DNA of 64,000 nt, taken from positions 5,765,360 to 5,829,359 of the forward strand of contig NC_043019.1 in the NCBI RefSeq assembly GCF_006345805.1, given 5' to 3'. Position numbers and translations under genes: made by a program. Under the pieces are notes generated by a model. It saw only the letters and a list, made by a program, of their open reading frames with translations. It was not told where the DNA came from and ran no database searches. Positions within the stretch are counted from its first letter, which is position 1. Each line of letters starts with the position of its first letter. Origin of the DNA: Octopus sinensis (taxonomy: Eukaryota). Positions 10,974 to 24,471 of this stretch are shown one piece after another.

Positions 10974-11156
10974 TCAAAATAAGCAACAAGGATATCCAGA
11001 TATCCTTGTTGCTTATTTTAATTATAACCACCTTATTTTAATATGTATGGATAATACCATACTAAATTCTGATGCCGTCAACTTAAGTACTATATTCATC
11101 TGAATCTAAATTTTTACTGAACTTATATATACATATATATATATATATTTATCATT

Positions 11157-11400
11157 ATCATCATCATCATTTAACATTCGTTTTCCATGCTAGCACAGGT
11201 TGGACGGTTCGACTGGGGTCTGGCAAGCCATGGAGGCTGCACCAGGCTCCAGTCTGATTTGGCAGTGTTTCTACAGCTGGATGCCCTTCCTAACGCCAAC
11301 CACTCTGTGAGTGTAGTGGGTGTTTTTTACGTGCCACTGGCACAGGGGCCAGAGCTAGCTGGCAAACAGCCACAATCGGTTGGTGCTTTTACGTGTCACC
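11157..11400 (-). mobile_element. Family D element
   Basis: (CAT)n...TTTCCATGCTAGC...GGATGCCCTTCCTAACGCC. Confidence 0.8.
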
Positions 11401-11414
11401 ATATATATACTCTT

Positions 11415-11641
11415 TACTCTTTTTTCTCTTTTACTTGTTTCAGTCATTTGACGGCGGCCATGCTGGAGCACTGCCTTTAGTTGAGCAACTTGACCATGGG
11501 ACTTATTCTTTTTTGTAAGCCCAGTACTTATTCTATCGGTCTCTTTTTGCCGAACTGCTAAGTGACGGGGACGTAAACACACCAGCATCGGTTGTCAAGC
11601 AATGCTAGGGGAACAAACACAGACACACAAACCACACACAT

Positions 11642-11695
<54 letters not shown>

Positions 11696-11897
11696 TATTA
11701 TATATATATACATATATATATATACATATATACAACAGGCTCCTTTCAGTTTCCGTCTACCAAATCCACTCACAAGGCATTGGTCGACCCGGGGCTATAG
11801 CAGAAGACACTTGCCCAAGATGCCACGCAGTGGGACAGAACCCGGAACCATGTGGTTGGTTAGCAAGCTACTTACCACACAGCCACTCCTTCGCCTA
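11415..11897 (-). mobile_element. SINE family A, full length
   Basis: Reverse complement of 1501-1970. Confidence 0.9.
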
Positions 11898-12042
11898 TAT
11901 ATATTTATATCTATTGCATAATGATGCTAATAACTTGATGATTGAACTCAATGTATATTTATGCTTCAGTACAAGTTGAGAGTGGAAATAAGAGATTGGG
12001 AAAACAAAAGAAATGATTATGTTGTGAACATCGTTAGCTTAC

Positions 12043-12096
12043 AGTTGTTACTGTTATAAGTCACAATGCACTCAGAGTGGAGTAAATCTTTCCTTC
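12043..12096 (-). CDS. Possible small internal exon (RKDLLHSECIVTYNSNN)
   Basis: Acceptor tgtttctgctttacag and donor gtaagc around an open frame; no homology recognised. Confidence 0.2.
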
Positions 12097-13369
12097 CTGT
12101 AAAGCAGAAACAGTTGTAAGCAAATGATGTTCTTAACATAATTGTTTATTTCCTTTGTCGTCCCAAACTCATGTATATGTATGCATGTGTGTTAGTGTGT
12201 GTGTGTGTGTGTGTGGACATAAAAACACATGTAGAGACAGCAAAACAAGTGACGATGATGATGATGATGTTTATAATATAATCTTAAAATCCTTATTATA
12301 GTACAGACACACACACACACACTCGCACACACGCACACACACACACACATACACACACATAGCTGGCAAACAATGTGATGATGAATTAGATATGCTTCAA
12401 GATATTCCAGTGTAAGATAAAGTCGAGATCAAACGATCAGGAGCAAAGAAGACACAAGAATGAGAATGCTAAGTTCCAAATGTGACCAACCTGTGCATTA
12501 AATTGGTTGATTTGTTTGAAGACCAATCCAACTACCAAATCTCCGCCACCTGGCAGCAACCAGCTCATTCTTGATGATGCCACAAGGGATTTAAATGTTT
12601 ATTAAACATTGTAGTCCAAGACTCATCTGAAGTAATCTTTAGATTTGCTGTCCTCAATGCCATCTTTGGTTTGAAAGTAGAGTTATTACTGGAACAGATT
12701 GTTCCAACTGGATAAGAGTGACCACAGGTCATAGAGTTAATGATTCCAAGAGGTAAGTTGTGGTTTTAGGTGATGTTATAAGCTGTAACTGGTGAACAGG
12801 GTGTGAATACAGAACCTGTTGATCCATTGGTGGGTTACTGTGGTTAGAGCTAGGAGGAAGACCCCCACATATTTAAAATTTGACACCCTAAATGAGGGCT
12901 GAATGGGTTTTTCAGGTGAACAAATATTTGAGTTGTAAACTGTAAATAGAAGGCTCCAGTGAAGCATTGTAAAGATGTGGGATTCAGTGAAGTGTGTCAT
13001 TCCAGGAGAGGGAACAACTGTAAAATTCTTAGGTTGAGTGAACTGGACTGGTGGTTCAGTTGTTAAAGTTGTTTCTAACAGTTACGGCACATTGCATTTG
13101 AGAAATAAGTTGTAAGCAGAGATGACAATCTCCTGTTTACATCTCCAAATCAGGGATCAGGATAAGAGACCTGGAGAGAGCCCCATTGAATGGGAACCTC
13201 TGACCTTTGCTCATAATCAAGACTAACAACTGGGTCATTAAATAGGGGCCAGAAATATAAACAGACATAAATCCACCTGACATAGTTGAATGGTAATTAG
13301 TGACATAACAATAAACAGAACAGCGAGCAGGGGTCAAAGTAACATCTTCATCTTCTGAAACTTATAAAC

Positions 13370-13388
13370 ATACATATACATCATTATA

Positions 13389-13483
<95 letters not shown>

Positions 13484-13486
13484 ATG

Positions 13487-13518
<32 letters not shown>

Positions 13519-13554
13519 AGTATACGTATATGTGTATATATATATAATATATAT

Positions 13555-13594
<40 letters not shown>

Positions 13595-13625
13595 CATTGT
13601 ATATGTATGTATATGTGTATGTATA
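13370..13625. repeat. (TA)n-rich microsatellite
   Basis: Direct reading. Confidence 0.95.
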
Positions 13626-14087
13626 TCACTTGCCTGCTTTAGTTTCAGCTTTAATAATTCCCAAAGTTGTTGTTCTGGGAACAGTTACAGTCAGTGTGAA
13701 TGTCAAAGGAAAAACGGAAAGTGATGTTTGTATGTGTGTGTGTTGTTGTGTGTGTGTTCTGAAATGAGTGTATAATGGAATGTGTCAGCTGCAATGTAGG
13801 TGTGTATATTGTTATATATATATATGTATATGTCATTCTAGGAAAATAATTAAAGTTATTAAGATATGATGCGTATTTATTTATAAATACATTCATAGAA
13901 ATACATGTAAATTACAATAATGCAGGCTGTTTTATATATGTGAGTGTGTCTATTTGTCTGACTGTCTGTCTCTCACTCTCTCTCACATTCTCTTGCTCAC
14001 TCACTCTGTATATATACATATATACATGCATGTGAATATATGTGTGTGTGTATATATATATATATACATACATACAAAACATGTGAA

Positions 14088-14109
<22 letters not shown>

Positions 14110-14130
<21 letters not shown>

Positions 14131-14344
14131 CTATATATATATATATTATATATATAAATAGAGATAGATTGATAGAAACGTATATATATATATATTATAT
14201 GTATACGTATGCTTATATGTATGTACATAAATGTGTATATAACCCGTATCCGGCCACAGCTCAGTAACCGAAACTGGAAAAAATCAAAAAAATCAAAATC
14301 AAAATCATATAAAACCTATATATGTATAATATATATATGTTATG

Positions 14345-14377
<33 letters not shown>

Positions 14378-14515
14378 ATATATGTATATATATGTTTATG
14401 TATATGTGTATATATTTATGCCTATATATATGTTTGTGTGTGTTATATATATATACACATAATATTCACATGCATGTGATAATATATATATATACACACA
14501 TATATCACATATGTG

Positions 14516-14547
<32 letters not shown>

Positions 14548-14867
14548 ACACATGCATTGAATATATGTGTGTATATATATATATACACACACAAACACAT
14601 ATATATAGGCATAAATATATATACACATATACATAAACATATATATACATATATACACACACACACCACATATATATATATATATATACATAAATATATA
14701 TATATATACATATATATTTTATATGATTTTGATTTTGATTTTTTTGATTTTTCCAGTTTCGGTTAATGAGCTGTGGCCGGATACGGGTATATATACACAT
14801 TTATGTACATACATATAAGCATACGTATATATATATATATATATATATATACGTTTCTATCAATCTA

Positions 14868-14915
<48 letters not shown>
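14110..14915. repeat. Near-perfect palindrome of about 0.8 kb centred near 14511
   Basis: Unique marker ACCCGTATCCGGCCACAGCTCA.TAACCGAAACTGGAAAAAATC near 14241-14285 recurs inverted near 14745-14787; the flanking microsatellite patterns also mirror. Confidence 0.85.
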
Positions 14916-14924
<9 letters not shown>

Positions 14925-14984
14925 CACATATATATATATATTATATATATACACACACACATGTTTATATATATATATATATTT

Positions 14985-15215
14985 CATCATCATCATCATC
15001 ATCGTTTAATGTCCGTTTTCCATGCTAGCATGGGCTGGACAGTTTGACTAGGGCCTGGGAAGTCAGGATGCTGCTCCAGGCTCCAGTCTGATCTGGCAGT
15101 GTTTCTACAGCTGGATGCCCTTCCTAACGCCAAGGACTGTGAGTGTACTGGGTGCTGTTTTACATGCCATTGGCAGAGGACCCAGAGGGGATGGTGCTTT
15201 TTACATGCCACCAGA
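14985..15215 (-). mobile_element. Family D element
   Basis: Homology to other D copies. Confidence 0.8.
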
Positions 15216-15606
15216 GCAAAAGCCAGTCGAGGCAGCATTGGTATCGGCCATGTTCAGATGGTGCAAAGGGTTAAATGCTAAAAGATTAAAGACCTTGTAA
15301 ATGTAGCAAGAAGCTCTCAAAATTCCTCAGGTACGAAAAAAAGAAATTCCGAACAAGTCAAATATATGAGATAAAGGTAGCTGATAACTCAGTAGAAAGT
15401 AATTAATAAAGAACAAAATCAGATTAAGATTATTTTATACATGCATACATACATACTTGCATATATACTTACAAACATGCGTTTATATATACAAACATGC
15501 GTTTATATATACATACACACATACATATACAAACATATATATGTGTTTAATTTAATCAGGTTAGTTTACCATTAAACAATAGATTAAACGGTGCATCGTA
15601 TAAGAA

Positions 15607-15822
15607 ATTACAGGGTAAATGTTTTTTTAATTTTCTCCTGGTTTGCGGAATTAATGTTATTTTGCGGTTGAAGCTTTGGCTGTTATTTCTAGTGGGTGAA
15701 TGGCCTATTATGGCATTCCTTGATGGTGATGTTGAACTATAATGGTCTATGATATTTAATTTTTTCCCACTAGGCCGCTGGTGGCAAATAAATTCTACAC
15801 GAAATTTTTTGCCACCCTATAT
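15607..15822. repeat. Dispersed repeat J
   Basis: 15607-15722 matches 10711-10820 as reverse complement; 15767-15822 matches 10878-10933 directly. Confidence 0.65.
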
Positions 15823-15825
15823 TAA

Positions 15826-15863
<38 letters not shown>

Positions 15864-15963
15864 GCACATTATATATATATATATATGTATATACACACAC
15901 ACATATATATATCCATGTACATATGTATGTATATGTCAATATATATGTGTTTATATTTACTGG

Positions 15964-15995
<32 letters not shown>

Positions 15996-16444
15996 CATAT
16001 ATATATATGCATGCACAAAACACATACTCACATACAGACACATGCAAGCATACATACATGCACATATACAGAAACACATGCAATTGCACACGCACACACA
16101 GACACTCATGCGCACACACGGTCACACATGCACACACACAGACACACATGCGCACACACACACACAAATAAATGTGACAGAGACAGTAAAGTCAATATGT
16201 GAGTTGTTTCAACACCAAAATCTGTAAATAGCTTCACACTATATTCTAAAGCAATAATTCCATCATCACATGATAAGGTCTGCTAGAAATCTGTCGGTGC
16301 CATTGTCTGTGAGAGTCAATTTTTTACCAACCTAGCTGACTTTATTGCTCTCTCACTCTTTCTCTCTTCATTAGCAGTACGACTAATTTTCCTCCTGTCT
16401 ATCATTACATTATATATACAGATGGATACTCATACATTTAACAA

Positions 16445-16500
<56 letters not shown>

Positions 16501-16564
16501 TATGCATACAAACATTATGTATATATATACATGCATGCATACATATGTATTTATATATACATAC

Positions 16565-16855
16565 ATGCATATATACATGCATGCATACATGCATATATGC
16601 ATATATACACATATTATGCATTGCTATATAGAATTATACATACATGCATATGCATGCATACAAATATACATACTTGGATACGTAGCTACATAGTATGCAT
16701 ATATATATATACATGCATGCATACATGCATATATGCATATATACACATATTTTGCATAGCTATATCGAATTATGCATACATGCATATGTATGCATACCAA
16801 TATACATACTTGGATACATAGCTATATAGTATGCATATATATATATATATGTACA
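16565..16855. repeat. Tandem duplication of about 145 bp within a (TA/CATG)-rich tract
   Basis: ATATACATACTTGGATAC.TAGCTA.ATAGTATGC occurs twice about 145 bp apart. Confidence 0.75.
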
Positions 16856-17489
16856 TGCATGCATATGTGCATACATAAATGCAAGTATGCATACATGCAA
16901 GAATGTATATATTCATACTATAATACATGCAACATGCATGCTAGCATGCATACATTGATACATATATATGAAACTCATGTATGCATCTATCGATTCCCAT
17001 ACACATACATGCATGGATATATGCATGTATATGCATATACATAGATAAGCATGCATGCATGCATGCATACGTACACACATAAATAGATACAATGTAAATA
17101 CTTAATTTATGCACTATAAATGATCTTGATATCTGGAACTAAAAATCTTCAAAACCTTCTTGAAAAAGAGCAAAGCATACATACACACAGACGGACAGAG
17201 ATCAGCTGTCCTGCAGATGCAGGCAGTTCTTCTGAAACCTGTGAGAAGCAGAATGTTTATGAACAACTACTTCAGCACTTGCAGCTCCTTCGCCCTGATT
17301 ATATTTTCATATATATACCAATAATCACTGATGCGTTTAGCTTTGTTAATAAATCTTGAAGTAACAATCTGTAAAAAGCCAGGATTTTCAAGCGAAGAAA
17401 GAGACCGGCTTCTAGCATATGTTGTACAGATAGAATCTCTAAGTGCAACAGTGAACATATACAAGACTTAACCTAAATGTAAAATAGAT

Positions 17490-17942
17490 GCTGGAGTGGC
17501 TGTGTGGTAAGTAGCTTGCTTACCAGCCACATGGTTCTAGTTTTAGTCCCACTGCGTGGCACCTTGGACGAGTGTCTTCTACTATAGCATCGGGCTGACC
17601 AAAGCCTTGTGAGTGGATTTGGTAGACAGAAACTGAAAGAAGCCCATCATATATATGCATCTTTTATCTTTTTTTTTTAATCTTTTACTTGTTTCAGTTG
17701 TTTGACTGCGGCCATGCTGGAGCACAGCCTTTAGTCAAGCAAATCGACCCCGGGACTTATTCTTTGTAAGCCCAGTACTTATTCTATCGGTCTCTTTTGC
17801 CAAACCGCTAAGTGACAGGGACATAAACACACCAGCATCGGTTGTCAAGCAATGCTAGAGGGACAAACACAAACATACACACACACACACATATTCATAT
17901 ATATATATATATATATATATACGACAGGCTTCTTTTGGTATG

Positions 17943-17973
<31 letters not shown>

Positions 17974-18208
17974 CATGCATGTATGTGTGTGGTGTGCGTA
18001 TATGTTTGTGCATCTATGTTTGTCCCTCAGCATCACTTGACAACTGATGCTGGAGTGTTTACCTCCCCGTCACTTAGCATTTCGGCAAAAGAGACCGATA
18101 GAATAAGTACTAGGCTTACAAAGAATAAGTCCTGGGGTCGATTTGCTCGACTAAAGGTGGTGCTCCAGCATGGCCGCAGGGAAACGACTGAAACAAGTAA
18201 AAGAGTAA
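17490..18208. mobile_element. Three SINE A pieces: head (+, 17490-17645), tail (-, 17680-17945), tail (+, 17990-18208)
   Basis: Homology to family A in alternating orientation. Confidence 0.8.
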
Positions 18209-18379
18209 ATATAACAGTTATTATTGCTGTCATTCAAATTGCAGAGATGAAGATTTGTTTTGTTCCTTCACAGGAAACGAAAAATTTGTGAGAAAAGTTT
18301 CAAATAATTCACAAAGGAAGAAACGTGCATTCACATGCACGTACATATGCACATATACATCATGCATCGTCATCATCAT

Positions 18380-18870
18380 GCAGCATCATCATCATCATCA
18401 TCATCATCTTTTTCTTCTTCTTCCCTTTCTTCCTCCTCTCCTTCTTTTCCATGCTAGCATGGGTTGGAGGCACATGGCCTAGTGGTTAGAGCAGCGGACT
18501 CGCGGTCGAGGGATCGCGGGTTCAAATCTCAGACCGGGTGGAGCGAAACACCTAAGCTCCACGTGGCTCCGGCAGAAGATAATGGCGAACTTCTGCTGAC
18601 TCTTTCGCCACAACTTTTTCTCATTCTTTCCTTCTGCATAATGCAACACACCTGCGACGGACTAGCGTCCCATCCAGGTGGGGAACCTATCCGCTAAGGA
18701 AACTGGGAAATCGGCCCTTATGAGCCAGGCATGGCTCGGGAAGGAATACATGCATACATAGCATGGGTTGGACAGTTTGACAGGAGCTGGCAAGCCAGAG
18801 AACTGCACCAAGCTTTACAGTCTGTTTTGGCACGGTTTTTTGATGACTGGTTGCCCTTCCTAATGCCTTA
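18380..18870 (-). mobile_element. Family D element interrupted by a family C SINE
   Basis: D sequence continues on both sides of the insertion. Confidence 0.7.
18469..18758 (+). mobile_element. SINE family C head with tail type 2
   Basis: 14-bp TSD TAGCATGGGTTGGA at 18455-18468 and 18759-18772. Confidence 0.9.
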
Positions 18871-18974
18871 CAGTGTGTGTGGGTTGCACAGATAGATAGC
18901 TAGATAGATTAAAGCAGAAAAGAAAAGGCAAAGAGCTGGCAAAACTTGACAAGGACATTTAATTCAGCTCTTTT

Positions 18975-19378
18975 ACTCTTTTACTCTTTTACTTGTTTCA
19001 ATCATTTGATTGTGGCCATGCTAGAGCAACGCCTTTAGTCGAGCAAATCGACCTCAGGACTTATTCTTTGTAAGCCTAGTACTTATTCTATTGGTCTCTT
19101 TTGCCAAACCATTAAGTGATGGGGCCATAAACACACCAGCATCGGTTGTCAAGCGATGTTGGGGGGGTGGGACAAACAGACACACAAACACATACACACA
19201 TATATATACACATATACAACAGGCTTCTTTCAGTTTCCGTCTACCAAATCCACTCACAAGGCTTTGGTCGGCCCGAGGCTATTGTAGAAGACACTTGCCC
19301 AGGTGCCACGCAGTGGGACTAAAACTGGAACCATGTGGTTGGTAAGCAAGCTACTTACCACACATCCACTCCTATGCC
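18975..19378 (-). mobile_element. SINE family A, full length
   Basis: Homology to family A. Confidence 0.9.
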
Positions 19379-19380
19379 TA

Positions 19381-19628
19381 TATAAAAGGTTTAGCTGTTT
19401 CTAGGATGTTTCAGCAATTGTAGCATCATGTCAAGTGAAGATTCCGTATATTCTGAACATCTCATCATCAGCGGGAGATAGGTTAAACAGGTCTAACAGT
19501 GGGAGGAAGCTCCTCATCAATGATAGTTGTTGTGGTTCACTGTTACATATGTTTAACATATCTCTGCTGATGTTCTAATAGCTGGAATCTTCTAGAAACA
19601 GCTGCCAGAGACTATCTAAACCTTTTAT
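19381..19628. mobile_element. Decayed palindromic element with outward-facing hammerhead remnants
   Basis: Inverted matches TATAAAAGGTTTAG/CTAAACCTTTTATC, CAGCTGTTTCTAG-type segments and TGTTTAAC.TATCTC..GCTGATG; each arm carries different deletions. Confidence 0.65.
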
Positions 19629-19670
19629 CATATAGCTAAATTAAACATAAAGGCATGAGTTATATATATA

Positions 19671-19750
<80 letters not shown>

Positions 19751-20109
19751 ATGTATATAGTATATATAATATATATAATATATATGATATAAAAAGACAT
19801 GAGAGAAAGAAAATAGAAATCACAAGTCACTTTATTCACAATGATCCAAACTGCTGTTGACATCAGGTAACCAAATACTGTGAACAGGCTTTAGACAGCA
19901 TACTGCGAGCTGTATGCCTGAATATAAAATTATTACCCCCCCACACACACACACATATATCATACATATGTATATATATATGTATGTATATTATGCATAT
20001 ATGAGTATTATGTATATTATGCATGTATGAGTATATCTATATACATATTAATATCTATCTATCTATCTTGGATTTTGGCGTTCGGTTCAGCAAATTATAT
20101 TTTTGATAT

Positions 20110-20185
20110 ACTCTACTGAGGATTCGAAAATGATTATGTAAGTAAAATTACACAATCTATTAACGATGAAACAATTGTATAGAGT
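20110..20185 (+). ncRNA. Type I hammerhead ribozyme candidate
   Basis: Stem I ACUCUA/UAGAGU (6 bp), CUGAGGA (20116-20122), stem II UCG/CGA with U-U closing pair plus a distal 9/10-bp helix, GAAA (20168-20171), palindromic stem III ACAAUUGU, triplet GUA. Confidence 0.72.
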
Positions 20186-20659
20186 TAATCTATTTTTTCG
20201 TTATTTTTGATTTGTCCTGCCCGCTTACATTCTTGGCGTGTTGAATTAATGCTTGAGAACAATTCTTTAGTGGTGGATTCCCTTTGCGGATCTATTTCTA
20301 GCGTTAGAGTGACCACATGTGGTCTCTCTCTTATTACTTGTATCTATCTCTCTCTCTATATATATATATCTATATATATGTATATATCAGGGGCGAAGTG
20401 TCTATGTATGCATTGTATGCCTTACCATTTTTCCATGATTAATAATTTTGTGTAATAGATTATTGATCATTTTCACTAGATTCATTGTCGTCATATTTAC
20501 TTTTGTTTTTCATATTCCTTCATTTCTTTGTACAATTTGTAAACAATCGATATCATTTAACAATTGTAAGTAGTGAAAGCTATTGTTTTGCTTTGTGAGA
20601 AAAGAAGGAAAAGCTGTGAATTGACTGATTTCCTGTTCTTTTGAGGAGGGAGCGGCAAG

Positions 20660-21010
20660 AAAGAAAGACAAAACAAAGGAGTGGTCAACAGAGAGGAAGG
20701 TGAATTTTTTACTGCTTGCTTTCAGTCATAATCAATAAGAGCAATGGTGTTTGTCTATCATTCTCTTTAGAATTGAGTGTCAAAATGAGAGACAAAAAAA
20801 AGTGGGGGAGAGTGAGTGGTCAACAGAAAGAAAAGCAAAGGGAAGCAAATTTTTTACAGCTTGCTTTCAGTCATAAGAGTAAGGGCAGTGGTGTTATTTT
20901 CTTTGTATTGTATTATTTTCGAGAAGGGTGTGTCAAAAAGAGGGACAAAACAAAAAGAAAATGTGTGGTCAAGAAAGAGAAAGCAGATCTTTTACTGCTT
21001 GCCTTCCAGC
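20660..21010. repeat. Three diverged tandem units of about 130-150 bp
   Basis: GACAAAA...GTGGTCAA...TTTTTACTGCTTGCTTTCAGTCATAA recurs three times. Confidence 0.6.
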
Positions 21011-21254
21011 AGACATGTTGTCAGCAGACATGTTGTTAGCTTTTTTTTGGTTGTCTCTTGAAGTGCTGATGTTTTTACTGTCCTGTGTCCAGTAGAGATG
21101 AAAAACTTGCCTAATCTGAGGACTTTCCTGAGGCTTTCCTCATAGTCGGACAGATTTAGATGAGAAATGTAGATTTAGTCAATTTACAAATTTGTCTTAC
21201 TGCTTTCTGATATATTTTGTACGATTATTCAGTACTGAAGCGTACACATTTTAT

Positions 21255-21486
21255 CTTTTACCTTCTACTTGTTTCAATTAGTAAACCGTGGCCATGCTGG
21301 GGCACCACTTTAAATAATTTTTAGTCTAATGAATCTACCCCAGTACTTTTTTCAATGCCTGGTGCTTTGTTTGGCCCAAGGCTATAGTAGAAGACACTTG
21401 CCCAAGGTGTCACACAGTGGGACTGAATCATCCGGAACCATGTGGTTAGGAAGCAAGCTACTTACCACACAGCCACTCCTGCGCCT
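21255..21486 (-). mobile_element. SINE family A, internally deleted
   Basis: Head and tail present, middle missing. Confidence 0.75.
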
Positions 21487-21733
21487 GTTAAGATTCGGAC
21501 TGATTCAGCCATGGGACAGGGAATAGATAGCCTTGATGATCACTAATGAGAAGAGTATCCAAACGAAAGAGGCTGTAGAAATGATAATCTAGTTCTACCT
21601 GGGACTCCTAAGAGAGCCAGCAGCTGAGTCTGACAGGAAGCTGCAGGGATCATCATTTAATACCCACGTTCAATTCATTGGATTTAGTCTCAAAAATTCA
21701 GTGAAATGAGTCACAGATGAGGAATGAACTCAC

Positions 21734-21826
21734 TCCATAGAGTAGAGTGGTTGGTGACAGGATGGGCGCTCAGCTGTCAGCTGCCCTGATGCTGTAAATG
21801 AAAATACGGAAGGTTGGGGATCGTCT
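21734..21826 (-). CDS. Possible 93-nt symmetric exon (DDPQPSVFSFTASGQLTAERPSCHQPLYSM)
   Basis: Consensus donor GA|GTGAGT, acceptor caacag, one open frame, length divisible by 3; weak pyrimidine tract and no recognised homology. Confidence 0.3.
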
Positions 21827-21834
21827 CTGTTGTG

Positions 21835-22372
21835 TGCATGCATGTGTGTGTGAGAGTGTGTATGTGTATGTGTGGGTGTGTGTGGGAGTGTGTGGATGTG
21901 TGTGTCTGTATATGTGCGCATGTGTGTGTGAGTGTATATCTGTATCTGTGTGGGTATGTTTGAGTGCATGCGTGTCCATCCATGTGCGTGTATATGTGTA
22001 TGTGTTTCTGTACATGTGTATGTGTATGTGTGTGTGAGTATGTGTCTATATATGTGTGCATGTGTGTGGATATGTTTGTGTGTATGTGTATCCGTCCATG
22101 TGTGTGTATATGTGTATGTGTTTCTGTACATGTGTGTGTATGTGTGTGTGTATATAAACGTGTATGTGTTTCTGTGCATGTGTGTATTTGTGTCCGTCCA
22201 TGTGTGCGTATGTGTGTATGTGCTGCTGTACATGTATGTGTTTATCTATGTTCGTATGTATGTGTTTGTGTACATGTATGTGTGTATGTGTTTCCCTGTG
22301 TGTGTGCGAATGTGTTTCTGAACGCGCGCATGTGTGCATGCGTTTATGTACATGTGTGTGTGTATGTGTGAT
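21835..22372. repeat. Complex (GT)n/(TATG)n minisatellite
   Basis: Direct reading. Confidence 0.9.
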
Positions 22373-22662
22373 TACCTGATTATGAAAGACAGACAGATGG
22401 AGAGATGCTGGAAGATCTGTCCAGTGTGTCGGCATGGAACTAAAATGATGACGATGAGGGAGATGATGATGGGGATGAAACAGACACCAGCAATGACAAT
22501 GATGACGGCAACAATGATGATGATGATGATGATGATATTCTGAAGGCTAGCATGGGTGCAATAGGTTTACAAATCCAGGATATTTAATAAATGCTCAAAG
22601 TATTTGTGACACTAATTGTAGATAATTGCTTTTATTATAAACTGATGGCTGCTGGTAAAATT

Positions 22663-22715
<53 letters not shown>

Positions 22716-22812
22716 TACACACACATTTTTATATATATGCATGTTGACGTCATATATACTAATGTTATAAAGATCCAGACTATTTCATACACATTCTCTC
22801 TCTCTTTCACTT

Positions 22813-22859
<47 letters not shown>

Positions 22860-22869
22860 AACACACACT

Positions 22870-23540
22870 TTTGTATGTATGTATGTATGTATGTATGTAT
22901 GCATGCATGTATGTGTGTATGTATGTATGTATGTATGTATGCATGCATGTATGTGTGTGTGTATGTATGTATGTATGTTTGTATGTATGTATGTATGTGT
23001 GTATGTATGTATGTATGTATGTATGTATGCATGTATGCTTGTATATGTGTATGTGTGTATGTATGTGTGTGTATGTATGTGTGTATGTATGTATTTGTGT
23101 TTGTGAATGTATGTATGTGTGTATGTATGTATGTGTGTATGTATGCATGCATGTATGTATGTATGTGTGTATGTATGTGTGTGTATGTATGTGTGTATGT
23201 GTATGTATGCATGTATGTATGTATGTATGTTGTATGTATGTATGTGTATGTATGTATATGTGTGTGTATGTATATATGTATGTATGTATGTGTGTATGTG
23301 TGTGTATGTATGTATGTATGTATGTATGTATGTATGTATGTATGTATGTGTGTGTGTATGTTTGTATGTGTGTATGTATGTATGTGTGTATGTATGTATG
23401 TGTGTATGTGTGTATGTATGTATGTATGTATGTATGTATGTATGTGTGTGTGTGTATGTGTGTATGTATGTATGTATGTATGTATGTATGTATGTATGTA
23501 TGTATACATGTATGCATGCATGTATGTATGTATGTATGAA
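22870..23540. repeat. (TATG)n/(TG)n microsatellite
   Basis: Direct reading; source of the 200-300 aa pseudo-ORFs. Confidence 0.95.
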
Positions 23541-23932
23541 AATCTAATGCTTGCTTTAAAACACACACACACGTGAGTCAATGATGGGTTAATCACGATG
23601 TTGCTCAACCTGCTAAAAATAGCAGCTAAATATCTTTTAAATCATTTTATTATCTTGACTGGTATGATCCTTCTTAACCACATTAATAGCTGGGTCTAAG
23701 ATGGGATGGTCACAGTTGGAGTACCTTTGATTTTAAGTGTGTAGGACCAGGACTGATCAACAGCGACAACAGACATATATATATATTGTTGGCATCCTTT
23801 CTGTCTTGGGAGACAATGCAGTTGGGCATAAAGTAGTCTAGTCCGGCTTTTATATTTCATGTCCTGATACATTTCCTGCTGTGGCTGTGTAGTCCTGCGC
23901 AAAATATATATATATATATATCATATGTATAT

Positions 23933-24471
<539 letters not shown>

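Noticed and set aside
17120-17470. Short complex ORFs on both strands (79 aa and 65 aa)
   Set aside because: No recognisable motif or convincing splice pair; left unannotated.
22661-23608. Long ORFs of 200-315 aa (HTYI / VCMY repeats) and the many similar poly-IY, poly-HT and poly-I ORFs across the window
   Set aside because: They are translations of stop-free microsatellites, with no protein-like complexity.
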